Source: Nitrososphaeria archaeon (GTDB taxonomy: Archaea > Thermoproteota > Nitrososphaeria > Nitrososphaerales > JAAOZN01). From it: 64,000 bases of DNA. Positions 25,582 through 35,927 of this stretch are shown in pieces. Both the position numbers and the translations under genes were made by a program. The DNA lies in assembly GCA_029775855.1 (NCBI GenBank), contig JARVJZ010000002.1, positions 269,599 through 333,598 on the forward strand. The letters are read 5' to 3'. How positions within the stretch are numbered: the first letter of the stretch is position 1; each line of letters opens with the position of its first letter. The notes under the pieces were generated by a model. That model did no database searches. It was not told the origin of the DNA and was given only the letters and a program-made list of their open reading frames with translations.

Positions 25582-26674
25582 ACTTATTGTAGCATTGGGC
25601 TTCGTCTTAGTGGCAGCTTCATTAACCACACTTATGGTTCTTGACCGTGAAGTCAATCTAATAATCTTTGGCATAACGACTACAACTCAACCTTCTACCA
25701 TAGGAAGCGGATTTATACGCCAGCCTCAAACGCAAACCTTTCAACTTCTGCAGACAACCACCTACATCAAACTTGCTTCATATCTGATCGGAGTATCTGG
25801 GCTTCTTCTGATACTATTAGGCATCCTTTTAGAGCCAAAGAAGGGGGGAGGTAAAACAACTGAAGTTAAAGAGCCTTGTAGCAAAGAAGCTGAATCCAAC
25901 ATAAGCAAAGCTACGCTCATAAACTTAACACTGCCTTATATTCCTCAACCTCTTGCGAGACCGGAAAGCGAAAGAGACGTAATCATACGCCTCTCCTCTG
26001 TAACTAAGACTTACTCAGGTAATGGTGTAGAAACACCTGCGCTTCGAGGTGTATCACTTGAAATCTTCAAAGGCGAATTTGTAGCGATAGTAGGGCCATC
26101 AGGTAGTGGGAAATCAACATTGTTGAATATGATGGGTTGTTTAGATACACCCAGCAAGGGTAGAATCTACATAGATGGAGTAGACACATCAAAGCTTAGT
26201 AGTAAAGATCTAGCCGAGCTTAGGAATAAGAAGATAGGCTTCATCTTCCAATCCTTCAACTTAATTCAGCGGATGACCGCGTTAGCCAACGTGGAGTACC
26301 CTCTAGCTGCAGCAGGGGTTCCGCCAAAGATACGTAGGCAGAAGGCTCTACAATGCTTACAGATAGTAGGTTTAAGTGATAAAAGTAATCGTCCCCCTTC
26401 GAAGCTGAGCGGTGGGGAGCAGCAGCGTGTCGCTATAGCTAGAGCACTTGTAACCGATGCGCCGCTACTACTTTGTGACGAACCTACTGGTAACCTTGAT
26501 ACGCAGAACACTCAGAGCATCATCAACCTCTTACATCGTTTAAATAAAGAATTCGGCAAAACACTAGTCGTCATCACACATAACATGGATTTAGCAAAGA
26601 CCGCTGACAGAATTCTCTTCATTAGAGATGGGTTAATCGAAAAAGAAGAGCGACTAAGAGGTTTGACAATATGA
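25574..26674 (+). CDS. MacB/LolD-type ABC ATPase with a 2-TM N-terminal extension
   Basis: GPSGSGKST, IGFIFQSFNL, LSGGEQQR, DEPTGNLD, ITH. Confidence 0.92.
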   Translation: MRKLIVALGFVLVAASLTTLMVLDREVNLIIFGITTTTQPSTIGSGFIRQPQTQTFQLLQTTTYIKLASYLIGVSGLLLILLGILLEPKKGGGKTTEVKEPCSKEAESNISKATLINLTLPYIPQPLARPESERDVIIRLSSVTKTYSGNGVETPALRGVSLEIFKGEFVAIVGPSGSGKSTLLNMMGCLDTPSKGRIYIDGVDTSKLSSKDLAELRNKKIGFIFQSFNLIQRMTALANVEYPLAAAGVPPKIRRQKALQCLQIVGLSDKSNRPPSKLSGGEQQRVAIARALVTDAPLLLCDEPTGNLDTQNTQSIINLLHRLNKEFGKTLVVITHNMDLAKTADRILFIRDGLIEKEERLRGLTI

Positions 26675-29600
26675 ATCAAACAAAATCTGAACACTTTAAA
26701 CACAAAACCATCGCCTTGCTCTTCATGTTGTTATTCGCAACTTTACTAGCACCTCTTTCCTACCTTTCAGCATCGTCAGCAACCACCTTCACAATAGTAA
26801 GCGCTGTATGGGGTACACCTGCTAACCCAACTATAGTCTATCCAGGAGATCAAAAGGTGAAGCTCAGCGTCGTAGTGCAGAATACAGGAGGCGAGACCTA
26901 TAATACAATAACGCCACTACTCTATCCATTAGGTCCACCTTTCAGCAGCGAAAGTGGTTCCTACGACCAAGCTGTAGGAACTACATCCAAGTCTACACTC
27001 ACAAGCGGAGATTATGCTACATTCGAATTCACTTTAAACATTGACCGAACAGCAACTCCGGGCACATATCTAAGACACCTATTAATCAACTACCGTGCCG
27101 CAGGAACCCAATATTCCACAACACTAAGCTTTAGTGTTCAGATCTCACCTATTATCAAATTCAAAGTGCTCCAAACCGTTTGGGGTTCTCCTTCATCTCC
27201 TGCAGTGGTTGAGCCAGGAGATAAAGGAGCAACTTTAAGCGTTGTTCTCCAGAATACTGCTCCACACGCAGTATATGCTCTTAGTGGCTCTCTGTATCTT
27301 AACTATCCCTTCAACCACACCAGCAAAATAGATACTACAAGCTTTGTTGCAGCAACCCTACTCTCAGGTGCAACAGCAACAGCAACATTTACCCTAGATA
27401 TTGCCAAAGACGCACCTACAGGTACCTATTGGGCAACGTTAACCATCAACTACCTAGATCACTGGAATACTTCTCTCTCCCAAAACATCACATTTCAGAT
27501 TTACCTACCAGGTAAAAGCACCTTTATTTTAACACCTATTAGCACTGCACTTACCTTAGGTGAAGAAGGTAAGCTCACTTTCTTAATCAAGAATAATGGA
27601 AGCGCAGCAGCATATAAGCTCTCAATAACTTTAACCACACCGACAGGCATAAACCTAGACCCTTCTCAATCCACGCAATACCTCTACGAGATACCAGCAA
27701 AGGCGAGCTACCTCTTTGATGTAGATGTTAAAGTAGCGGAGAATGTAGTACCAGGAGTCTATCAAGCTCAGATTACTCTCTCTTACACAGACGCTTACGG
27801 CTCTCCAGTTTCAAAGACTTATAGCATAGGTATCGTTGTCAACGCTTCCCCATCGCCTAAAGTTGATGTTGTAAGCTACTCATGGGGTGCCTCATTAACA
27901 CTTCCAGCACACCCAGGCGACAGAAATGTACCGCTCCAGATAGTTATCCAGAATCTCAACCCCTACACCATCACCAACATAAACACTAAGCTGCTGCTTA
28001 CCCACCCCTTCTACAACTCAACAAGAGGCTCTGTATGTGTGGCACCATATCCTTCTCTACAACCTGGGCAAGCCGCAACTCTATCCTTCTATATAAATAT
28101 CGCTGAAGACGTTGAACCATCTCTCTACACTTCAAATCTGAGCATAACCTATAGAGACCCCTCTGCTACTGAACACACCGTAAAAAGAATCTTACAGCTA
28201 CCTATTACAAATCCTCAACAATTCTACCTATTAAACAGTCTATGGGGCTCACCGTCTAACCCCGAGCCCGCAGCACCGGGCGATAAATCTGCGCTATTAA
28301 CGCTAATTCTGCGTAATACCCAAACATATCAGATCTCATCAATTAACGCAACCCTACACTTGAAGAAACCTTTCACCAACACTACAGGCGGCTCAGTTGC
28401 AGTAAGCTATAGCGACGCTACTGTAGCAGCAGGCGCTACTTTTACACTACAGTACCTTCTCAATATAGATGAAGATACCTCTGTAGGGAACTACACTCTT
28501 ACTCTAAGACTTTCGTATATAGATCTTTGGTCAACAAGGCAGCAGCAGATAATACCTGTTAACGTCGTTTTAACTGGACGAGGTAAAATAACAGTCACTC
28601 CTCTTTCTACAGAATTTTACATAGGTTCAACAAATAGGTTAGCGTTAGAGATAACTAATGTAGGTTCAGCTTCTGTTTTAAATCCATCTATCACCTTAAC
28701 ACCGCCAAGCAGCCTACCAATTGTAGTAGATCCTTTGGGAGCTACTCAATACTTTAATGAGATCGCACCCAATAAAGCAGTAATCTACAAGGTTAACGCT
28801 TCTCTTCCTAACACAGCAACAGCAGGACTCTACCAAGCTACATTGACCATCTCATATAAGGATGTATATGGTAAGGCACATACTGATGTAAAGTCGATAG
28901 GGTTAACAGTGCAGTCTAAACCCGCATCTTTCCGTGTTGTAGATGCTGTATGGGGCTCACCTGACTTACCAATTCTAGCAGCACCAGGCGATAAATCCAT
29001 CACTTTAAGTGTAACGATTCAGAATTGTGAAAGCTACACCATTTCTGGGCTATCTTCCAAACTTTATCTTCCAGACTCGTTTACCAATACTACAGGCGGT
29101 AGTATCGCTTCAGCGTATTACCCAAGCACCATACCGCCATCACAATACGCTACCCTCAAATTTACGTTAAATGTGAATGCAAACGCTACCTTAGGTTTCC
29201 ATAAATTTGTGCTTATCCCACAATATGTCGAGCAAGGCTCGTTGAAGCAGGCTCAAAACGTGAGTGTAATAGTCCTTCTGCCTGGAAGAGCAGAATTAGA
29301 GGTTGAGGCTGATAAACAGCGCCTCATCTTAGGCGCTGAAAATACTATCATCTTTAGGATCAAAAATAGTGGCACAGCCGCAGCAAAAGACCTTCAAATA
29401 ACTTTAACTCCTCCCTCCAATATTATTCTGCTCAGTACCGAAGACGCCACAAAAGCTCTTGAGGTAGGTGAAGTGACTACTCTACGTGCCCGCATATTTG
29501 TTCCACAGAACATAGCTTCAGGTTCAGGCGTAGTGTTTACGCTTAGATTAAGCTATCTCTGCGCAAACCTTATCAGATCGGAAGAGAAGGTTTTATCCTT

Positions 29601-30783
29601 CATCACCTCATCATCTTCATCATCCTCGGGTTTACTGAACGTTAGAACAGCATCTTCATCGCTTGTAAGCGGTAGTGTAAACGATGTTGATGTGCAAATT
29701 ACGAATAATCTAAGTAGACCTATTCAAAACATCACTGCTACACTTTCATCGCCATCTGCTTCTATGCTAGTAGATAAAGCACAATATAGCGAAGTAATCC
29801 AGCCTAAACAGACTATACGCCTAAAGTTTAGTGTAACTGTGCCCAAGAGCGTAGGAGATAGCAACATACTATTCCAACTTTCTTTAAACTATCTAGATGA
29901 GCAATGGAACACGTATAACGACATCTACACCTTCACACTTCCAGTAAAAGAGTGGTCTTCCCCAATCACTTTATCGGCTAACTCCACTGTCTTAAAATCT
30001 GGCAGCACAAACAACCCCCTTATTTTAATAAAGAACATTGGCTCACAACCATTATCATCAGTTGAAGTCTCCTTTACCTCAGCCTCAACAACTCTCTCTA
30101 TCCTTCCTGAGAGCGCCAAGTGGTTCTTCCCTTCCATTGATGCACAAGCAGCAGTGCAGGCTAAGCCTAAGATCTTCGCCTCACTACTCACAACAGACTC
30201 TCTAGAAAGTGTAGTAGCATCTCTGAGCTACTTTGATTGGATGGGCAACTGGCGCAAAGAATCATACACCATCATCTTTAGCGTGCAGGGCTCCATAATA
30301 ATTTCCTTCCAAAATATGCAAAGCACACCATCCTCGACGCAACCCGGTGGAAACATCACCATAACTGGAAACGTTCTCAATAAGGGTAACCGTCAAGCCT
30401 ACTACGCTACAGTCTCTCTTAAAGCGAGCCAACCTTTCCAACCTATTCTCAGAAGTCAGTATATAGGTGACATTTCTGTGAATACACCCATCCCATTCAG
30501 CCTTACTGCAACTGTAGGCAGAAACGTTGCAAACGGCACCTACCCTATTACCGTAGTATTAGAGTATGAAGACAGCTATGGAAGCAAGTACTCTTCAGAA
30601 TACACACTCCAAGTAACTGTAACCAGAATCACACCACAAACTACACAACCTATCGCATCCCAAACGCAAGAACTACTTACTACCTTAAGAACCGTCTTCC
30701 TTACAGCCTTAGCAGTAATAGTAGCAGGAGGCGTCTTTAGCATAATTAGAGCATATAGGAGAAGAAGGCATGCTTCTGCGTGA
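26671..30783 (+). CDS. Large COG1361/S-layer-domain-like surface protein with repeated Ig-like domains
   Basis: Signal peptide, five WG...PGD...L....(Q/R)N repeats, further N.G...A repeats, C-terminal TM plus RRRR. Confidence 0.85.
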   Translation: MNQTKSEHFKHKTIALLFMLLFATLLAPLSYLSASSATTFTIVSAVWGTPANPTIVYPGDQKVKLSVVVQNTGGETYNTITPLLYPLGPPFSSESGSYDQAVGTTSKSTLTSGDYATFEFTLNIDRTATPGTYLRHLLINYRAAGTQYSTTLSFSVQISPIIKFKVLQTVWGSPSSPAVVEPGDKGATLSVVLQNTAPHAVYALSGSLYLNYPFNHTSKIDTTSFVAATLLSGATATATFTLDIAKDAPTGTYWATLTINYLDHWNTSLSQNITFQIYLPGKSTFILTPISTALTLGEEGKLTFLIKNNGSAAAYKLSITLTTPTGINLDPSQSTQYLYEIPAKASYLFDVDVKVAENVVPGVYQAQITLSYTDAYGSPVSKTYSIGIVVNASPSPKVDVVSYSWGASLTLPAHPGDRNVPLQIVIQNLNPYTITNINTKLLLTHPFYNSTRGSVCVAPYPSLQPGQAATLSFYINIAEDVEPSLYTSNLSITYRDPSATEHTVKRILQLPITNPQQFYLLNSLWGSPSNPEPAAPGDKSALLTLILRNTQTYQISSINATLHLKKPFTNTTGGSVAVSYSDATVAAGATFTLQYLLNIDEDTSVGNYTLTLRLSYIDLWSTRQQQIIPVNVVLTGRGKITVTPLSTEFYIGSTNRLALEITNVGSASVLNPSITLTPPSSLPIVVDPLGATQYFNEIAPNKAVIYKVNASLPNTATAGLYQATLTISYKDVYGKAHTDVKSIGLTVQSKPASFRVVDAVWGSPDLPILAAPGDKSITLSVTIQNCESYTISGLSSKLYLPDSFTNTTGGSIASAYYPSTIPPSQYATLKFTLNVNANATLGFHKFVLIPQYVEQGSLKQAQNVSVIVLLPGRAELEVEADKQRLILGAENTIIFRIKNSGTAAAKDLQITLTPPSNIILLSTEDATKALEVGEVTTLRARIFVPQNIASGSGVVFTLRLSYLCANLIRSEEKVLSFITSSSSSSSGLLNVRTASSSLVSGSVNDVDVQITNNLSRPIQNITATLSSPSASMLVDKAQYSEVIQPKQTIRLKFSVTVPKSVGDSNILFQLSLNYLDEQWNTYNDIYTFTLPVKEWSSPITLSANSTVLKSGSTNNPLILIKNIGSQPLSSVEVSFTSASTTLSILPESAKWFFPSIDAQAAVQAKPKIFASLLTTDSLESVVASLSYFDWMGNWRKESYTIIFSVQGSIIISFQNMQSTPSSTQPGGNITITGNVLNKGNRQAYYATVSLKASQPFQPILRSQYIGDISVNTPIPFSLTATVGRNVANGTYPITVVLEYEDSYGSKYSSEYTLQVTVTRITPQTTQPIASQTQELLTTLRTVFLTALAVIVAGGVFSIIRAYRRRRHASA

Positions 30784-32071
30784 CATCCTCAAGTTTTCAT
30801 TTGACGCTCTACGAGAGAGAAAGCTGAGGGCTGCATTAACTATACTTGGGATAGCAATCGGACCCGCTGCGATTGTAGCGCTTATTGGTGCAACAGAAGG
30901 TCTTAGCCATAGTGTTTCAGCGCAGTTTGATAAGATGGGTGTAACGACAATCCAAGTTATGCCGGTAGGCAGAGGCTTCACGTTTACTGATGTTGAGGTT
31001 AATACGATTCGAAATATAAAGGGTGTTAAAGAAATCTTGCCTTACTATCGGGTGAACTCTATATTACAGTACGGAGGTACAAACATTCAAGCTGCGGTAG
31101 TATCAATCAACCTCGAAAAACTAAGTATATTATTCCCAGATATCACAATAATTGAGGGTTCTATGCCACAAAGCTCAGATATGACCGCAGCCCTAATAGG
31201 ATACAGGCTGGCTAAACCGCCAGACACAGAAACGCCTCCCATCTCCCTATATCAAGTTATCACCGCTTCAATACAATCTGGCTCAACTCTCCAAGGCATA
31301 GGCGGCTCTGCTTTGCAAGCTGCTTCACTTCAGCAGCAAAGTAGGACTACTTCCAGATCACTGTTGGTTAAAGGTGTACTCTCAGAATTCGGTCAAGGCT
31401 TATTCATTAATCCCGATGATACAGTATTCGTACCTCTCGAAAGCGGTAGGTTGCTAACAGGCAGAAACCAGTACACGGGCGCCTACGTTATAGCGTCGAG
31501 TAGAGAAGTTGTCAACGATGTTACAGCCGCTATCTCTGAAATATTTGGAAATAATGTTAGAGTTATGACTGTATCATCTATACTCTCAACAATCCAAAAT
31601 ATCACGGGCACCATGAGTACCATTCTCGCCTCTATAGCCTCAATCTCTGTCGTTGTAGCATTCATGGGTATAATGACAACTTCGTTTACATCGGTTTACG
31701 AGAGGACTCGAGAGATCGGAGTTGCAAAAGCCGTAGGATACACAAACACAGCTATCTTACTCTTCTTCCTATCAGAAGCTGTGCTTACAGGGTTTATAGG
31801 AGGTGTAATCGGCTCTCTCTCAGGCGGTATAATCTCAAACTTCGTAATCTCATTATTCGGTGGTAGAATAGGCTTTGGCGCCGGCCCAATTATGGCTGGT
31901 GGGGCTAGAGCTCAGACCCAAGCTTCCACACTTCAAATAGTACCAATCATTACACCTCAACTCATCCTTATTGCAATCCTTATGGCTACAGTAGTAGGCG
32001 CTTTGGCGGGTTTACTTCCAGCTTGGAGAGCTTCTCGCCTTACTCCAGTTGAATGCCTAAGGCACGAGTAA
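30770..32071 (+). CDS. MacB/FtsX-family ABC permease
   Basis: R..LT.LGI.IG, SV.ERTREIG..KA.G, PAWRASRL.P.E.LR.E. Confidence 0.94.
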   Translation: MLLRDILKFSFDALRERKLRAALTILGIAIGPAAIVALIGATEGLSHSVSAQFDKMGVTTIQVMPVGRGFTFTDVEVNTIRNIKGVKEILPYYRVNSILQYGGTNIQAAVVSINLEKLSILFPDITIIEGSMPQSSDMTAALIGYRLAKPPDTETPPISLYQVITASIQSGSTLQGIGGSALQAASLQQQSRTTSRSLLVKGVLSEFGQGLFINPDDTVFVPLESGRLLTGRNQYTGAYVIASSREVVNDVTAAISEIFGNNVRVMTVSSILSTIQNITGTMSTILASIASISVVVAFMGIMTTSFTSVYERTREIGVAKAVGYTNTAILLFFLSEAVLTGFIGGVIGSLSGGIISNFVISLFGGRIGFGAGPIMAGGARAQTQASTLQIVPIITPQLILIAILMATVVGALAGLLPAWRASRLTPVECLRHE

Positions 32072-32112
32072 TAGTAATTTTCTAACCTTAATTTTATAAT
32101 AGTAGCAACATT

Positions 32113-32571
32113 CTAGTTGTCTTCAGACTCTTGTTTTCTCTCAATTTCAGCTACAAGTCTTTCACATAAGTGATATGTTTTATCAGCCCTTTTGACCGCA
32201 TCCTCTGCATCTCTAGCGTTGATTACCTCCTCAGGTGTGAGGAAAGATTCTTCTCCCCCATAGAGGCTTATTTCCCTCTTTTTAACTAGAATCTTGCTTG
32301 ACTCAATTAGAAACCCTATTTCCTCTCTGAACCAGCTCGGAAACCTATCTTCAACTAGAAGCATTACGTCTGAGACATCATGGATCTTAGGATATTCTAT
32401 ACCAACAGCTTTCAGCACAGCCTTTAAAGACAGTTCAACACATTCTTGGCTTAGCCTTACAGTGTAGGGGTAATTACGCTTCGGAAAAGCTTCCTTGGCG
32501 TCTTCAAGCCTAGCTTCGGCTTGGCGAAGATATGCTCTCGCAACCTTATACAACTTCAATTCTTTCACCAA
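32113..32571 (-). CDS. HEPN domain protein
   Basis: A..YL.QA..RL, SQECVELSLKA.L, YPKIHDV, R..SLYG. Confidence 0.9.
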   Translation of the reverse strand: MVKELKLYKVARAYLRQAEARLEDAKEAFPKRNYPYTVRLSQECVELSLKAVLKAVGIEYPKIHDVSDVMLLVEDRFPSWFREEIGFLIESSKILVKKREISLYGGEESFLTPEEVINARDAEDAVKRADKTYHLCERLVAEIERKQESEDN

Positions 32572-33289
32572 ATCTGTAGTTTGGCTTTAAGTCCCAGTAC
32601 CAGTGCTTCTTGTTTACTACGTGCTTCTTAGCACCATACTTAAGTAGCTTCGCTTTAAGCTCGAGTAGTAAAGATTCAAGGAACCCATCCCTGTCATAAA
32701 GGATTACGGCTTCCTCTGTTAAATCTAAGAACAGAAGTGGTAGCCTTAACGCCTCGCTTCTTTTAAGAGGGTAGAAGCTTAAGGACGTGTATATTCCATG
32801 CTCCCTAAGCCACATAAGCTCTTCACTCAGATTATTCTCTATTTGTATGAGTTTCTCAACTCTGGAGCTAAGGCTTCCCTGCAGTGAATCTGAGATTAAG
32901 AGTATATCAATGTCGCTACAGTCAGATGCATCTCCACGCGCCACGGAGCCGTAGACAGCAAACGAATCTAGCTTCACCGTTTTCATAAGAGTTAGAAGGC
33001 AACCCAATATGAGATTAAGGTACCTCTCTTGGACGATTCTATCGAAGTTTTTGATAAACCCTGAAGCTAAAAAGGCAAAGTTTTCAGGATTCAAAAGTCT
33101 ATAAGATCTAGGTCTCCTTCGGTTAAAAACCAGCAACATCCTTGAGGAGTGGAGCTTACTGAAGGCTACAGAAAGCCTATTTTCATCAAACGATAGAGCT
33201 TCTTTAGCTTCGCTGAACGTAAACAGTTCCTGACCAAACTTGATGTAAAGTTTAGAGTAGCATTCACCAAGCCGCTTCGAAACCCACAT
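32546..33289 (-). CDS. Minimal nucleotidyltransferase (MNT) with N-terminal extension
   Basis: YGSVARG...SDIDILLI, LYDRDG, WYWDLKP; overlaps the HEPN gene. Confidence 0.88.
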   Translation of the reverse strand: MWVSKRLGECYSKLYIKFGQELFTFSEAKEALSFDENRLSVAFSKLHSSRMLLVFNRRRPRSYRLLNPENFAFLASGFIKNFDRIVQERYLNLILGCLLTLMKTVKLDSFAVYGSVARGDASDCSDIDILLISDSLQGSLSSRVEKLIQIENNLSEELMWLREHGIYTSLSFYPLKRSEALRLPLLFLDLTEEAVILYDRDGFLESLLLELKAKLLKYGAKKHVVNKKHWYWDLKPNYRFGERIEVV

Positions 33290-33577
33290 CTTAACTAACT
33301 GATAATCTTAACAATTTATTAACATTTCTGATTAAAAAAAAAGCGGGAATATGATGACCTGTCTCCAATCAGATTTTAGATTGTGTGAATGGTGGTCTCG
33401 CTAAGAAGGTGTAAAAAATTTTAGAAAGCTTATATGCTTGTCTTTAAAGAGATAAAGATGTTATACAACTCTCAATATATTTATGCGAACAAAGATGTGA
33501 AGCGGAAATTATTGTTCAATTTTTAAATATATGTGTCTGCAAAAACATTATTATACTGAATAAAGATAGATGTTAAG

Positions 33578-34771
33578 ATGCTCCGAAGGAGAGTTCCTGC
33601 AGCTAAACCAGCAATCAAAGTTGACCACTTTTTAGCTTCACTATTTGTTGCGTCTATAGCCTTCTACCTTTATTCTTCTCAGCAGTTGTTGCTTGGAGCT
33701 ATTATAGCGCCTATAAGTGGGGTCTTTACTTTCTTGGCGGTTGTACGCGGCAAAACCTCGCGTATGAGAAGCATATTTGTGGCAGTTCTTACTTTATTTG
33801 TGTGGATAACTTTCGCTGCTTTCTTGTATCAGCTGGGGAACTATCTTGATCTGTGGATTTCAAGGCATGAGCGTATATCTATTTTGCCATCCGCTCTTTC
33901 TGGCTCTGGATATATCTCAATAATCTGTCCTTTTCTTATACCAGCAAGTGTAGGAAACCAGATTTATATTTCTGTTCCTATCTATATGAAGTTCTTTGCT
34001 GAGTTCCCACTTAGCTTGAGCACCTTTCTACTTGTATTTGCTTTCTTTATGGTAAGTGCTTTTCTACTTGGTAAGGGTTGGTGCGGTTGGCTCTGCCCTT
34101 TCGGTGGGTTAGGCGAAGTAGCTAGACACGCAAAAGTCTTCACTAAGATATATAATGCTCTGAGGCGTCCACTTCTGAAGCTAACGACTATCAAATTTTC
34201 AGACGCTACACCTGCGAAGGCTACGCAACTATTTTTTGACTTGAAATATGCAATATTGTTTGTAACCGTCTTACTCTCTTTACTCTTTGCTGTGCAGTGG
34301 CTCTGTGTTTTTTGCTGGGCTGGTATACTATCTTGGGTATCTCCATCTCTAAACCTATCTATAGCAGTAGCAATTCTCTTAATATTTTTTGTCGCTCTAC
34401 CCCTTCTTAGCAGAAGAAAGTGGTGCCACTTCATCTGCCCGCTAGGTGCGGCTTTAAGCCTAATCGACAAAGCCGCGCCGTTTAAGATTAGGGTTAAGGA
34501 TGATCATTGTACCGATTGTGGTGTATGTTCAACTCTCTGTCCAACGTTTGCGATCCAACATAGTGAAGGTGGAGGTGTTAAGATAACGGACACTTGTGAT
34601 AAATGTTTAGTATGTGTGGAGAGGTGTCCTCAAAAAGCTATAGAGCTGAAGACCTTTAATTTGAATATCGAGCCTAAGATATATTTGGTTACATTGAGCG
34701 TTGCTGTTGGTTTAATTTGGTTTTACTGGTTTATTGTTGTAGTGTATGAGTTAGCTCTGATCTTGATATGA
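33578..34771 (+). CDS. NapH/MauN-like polytopic membrane 4Fe-4S protein
   Basis: WCGWLCPFG, WCHFICPLG, CTDCGVC...CP, CDKCLVC...CP. Confidence 0.88.
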   Translation: MLRRRVPAAKPAIKVDHFLASLFVASIAFYLYSSQQLLLGAIIAPISGVFTFLAVVRGKTSRMRSIFVAVLTLFVWITFAAFLYQLGNYLDLWISRHERISILPSALSGSGYISIICPFLIPASVGNQIYISVPIYMKFFAEFPLSLSTFLLVFAFFMVSAFLLGKGWCGWLCPFGGLGEVARHAKVFTKIYNALRRPLLKLTTIKFSDATPAKATQLFFDLKYAILFVTVLLSLLFAVQWLCVFCWAGILSWVSPSLNLSIAVAILLIFFVALPLLSRRKWCHFICPLGAALSLIDKAAPFKIRVKDDHCTDCGVCSTLCPTFAIQHSEGGGVKITDTCDKCLVCVERCPQKAIELKTFNLNIEPKIYLVTLSVAVGLIWFYWFIVVVYELALILI

Positions 34772-35391
34772 TGGAAGCAGTTTTAGCTGGGTTTATTCTC
34801 GGCGTGTCAAATAGTGTGCGTTGCACATCTATCTGTCTACCTATTCTTTCTGTTCAACTAATTACTGGCAAAAAGACTGTTGGCAACTCGCTCTTTATTG
34901 TCGCTCTATTCTCATTAGGTAGGTTGATGAGCTACTTAGCCATATCTACAATCTTCTATCTCGCAGCGGCGCAGATTAACGTCTTTGAAACTCCGCTTGT
35001 CAAAGGATTAACCTCACTTAGCCTTGGCTTCGTTATGATTTATCATTGTTATAAGTCGCTGGTTAAAAGTGAGCAAGCTTCTTGTAAGACCTTCTCTCAA
35101 GGTCGAATTCCCTTCCTACTTGGTTATCTCACAAGTTTTTCGGCCTGTCTTCCATTGCTTTCAGTTTTGTCTATGTATTCTGCTTCAAATCTATCTTTTG
35201 CTTACGCCGCTGTAGGTATGTTTTGGATAGGCTCCTCTGTTCTACCGTTAGCAGCTACCTTACCTTTTTTTGGTCTATTTAGGTTGAAAGATACCTCTGC
35301 TATTCAACGAATCACTTCTATAGGTGCTTTAGCTGGCGGCATACTTGGTTTAACCTTTATAGTAAACAGTGCTCAAATACTAATTGGTTGA
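34768..35391 (+). CDS. DsbD_2/TauE-like membrane protein
   Basis: C...C.P in TM1, F.LGR..SY, SAC.P, about 6 TMs. Confidence 0.7.
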   Translation: MMEAVLAGFILGVSNSVRCTSICLPILSVQLITGKKTVGNSLFIVALFSLGRLMSYLAISTIFYLAAAQINVFETPLVKGLTSLSLGFVMIYHCYKSLVKSEQASCKTFSQGRIPFLLGYLTSFSACLPLLSVLSMYSASNLSFAYAAVGMFWIGSSVLPLAATLPFFGLFRLKDTSAIQRITSIGALAGGILGLTFIVNSAQILIG

Positions 35392-35921
35392 GTTTGCCTC
35401 TTTTTTGCGGCTGCCTCCGTCTTAGCTACTCTTATGTTTCTCGATGAGCCCAGGTAAGTTGCCACTAGATCCGCCGCTAAAGCTCCCGCTAATATGAGGT
35501 AGGTGTTCACAACAATTATCCAATGTAGTTTGGTGATAATGATTGTGTAGAATTGTGATGTTAGGTAAATGGTTAATCCAATTATCAGCCAAGAGATTAT
35601 TGTAGAGTACAGTGGTCTAATTCGACTAGATAGCCCTCCAGCAAGCAAGCCGAGTAAAGCGTAGAATATCATCACATCATATTCAATGTATATAGGTTGG
35701 GTTTGTAGAGCGCCGATTAATCCGGTAATCGCTCCTACTATAGGTCCACCTGAGCAAGCTGCTATAAAGATACCGATTTGTGAAAGGTTCAGCTCAACGT
35801 TATAGGGGTAGGTTAGTTTGATTAATGATAGTATGTAGGAGAGGATAAAGCCGACTAACGATATGGAGATCTGTCTGCGTGTATAAGGTAAAAGGATTTT
35901 CACCGCTTTTGTTTGGCTCAT
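35373..35921 (-). CDS. Membrane protein resembling an ECF S-component
   Basis: GGPIVGAITGLIG motif, 5-6 TMs. Confidence 0.55.
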   Translation of the reverse strand: MSQTKAVKILLPYTRRQISISLVGFILSYILSLIKLTYPYNVELNLSQIGIFIAACSGGPIVGAITGLIGALQTQPIYIEYDVMIFYALLGLLAGGLSSRIRPLYSTIISWLIIGLTIYLTSQFYTIIITKLHWIIVVNTYLILAGALAADLVATYLGSSRNIRVAKTEAAAKKRQTQPISI

Positions 35922-35927
35922 TTTCGT

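Noticed and set aside
33290-33577. AT-rich spacer as an integration site or IS remnant
   Set aside because: No tRNA, direct repeats, terminal inverted repeats, integrase or transposase visible.
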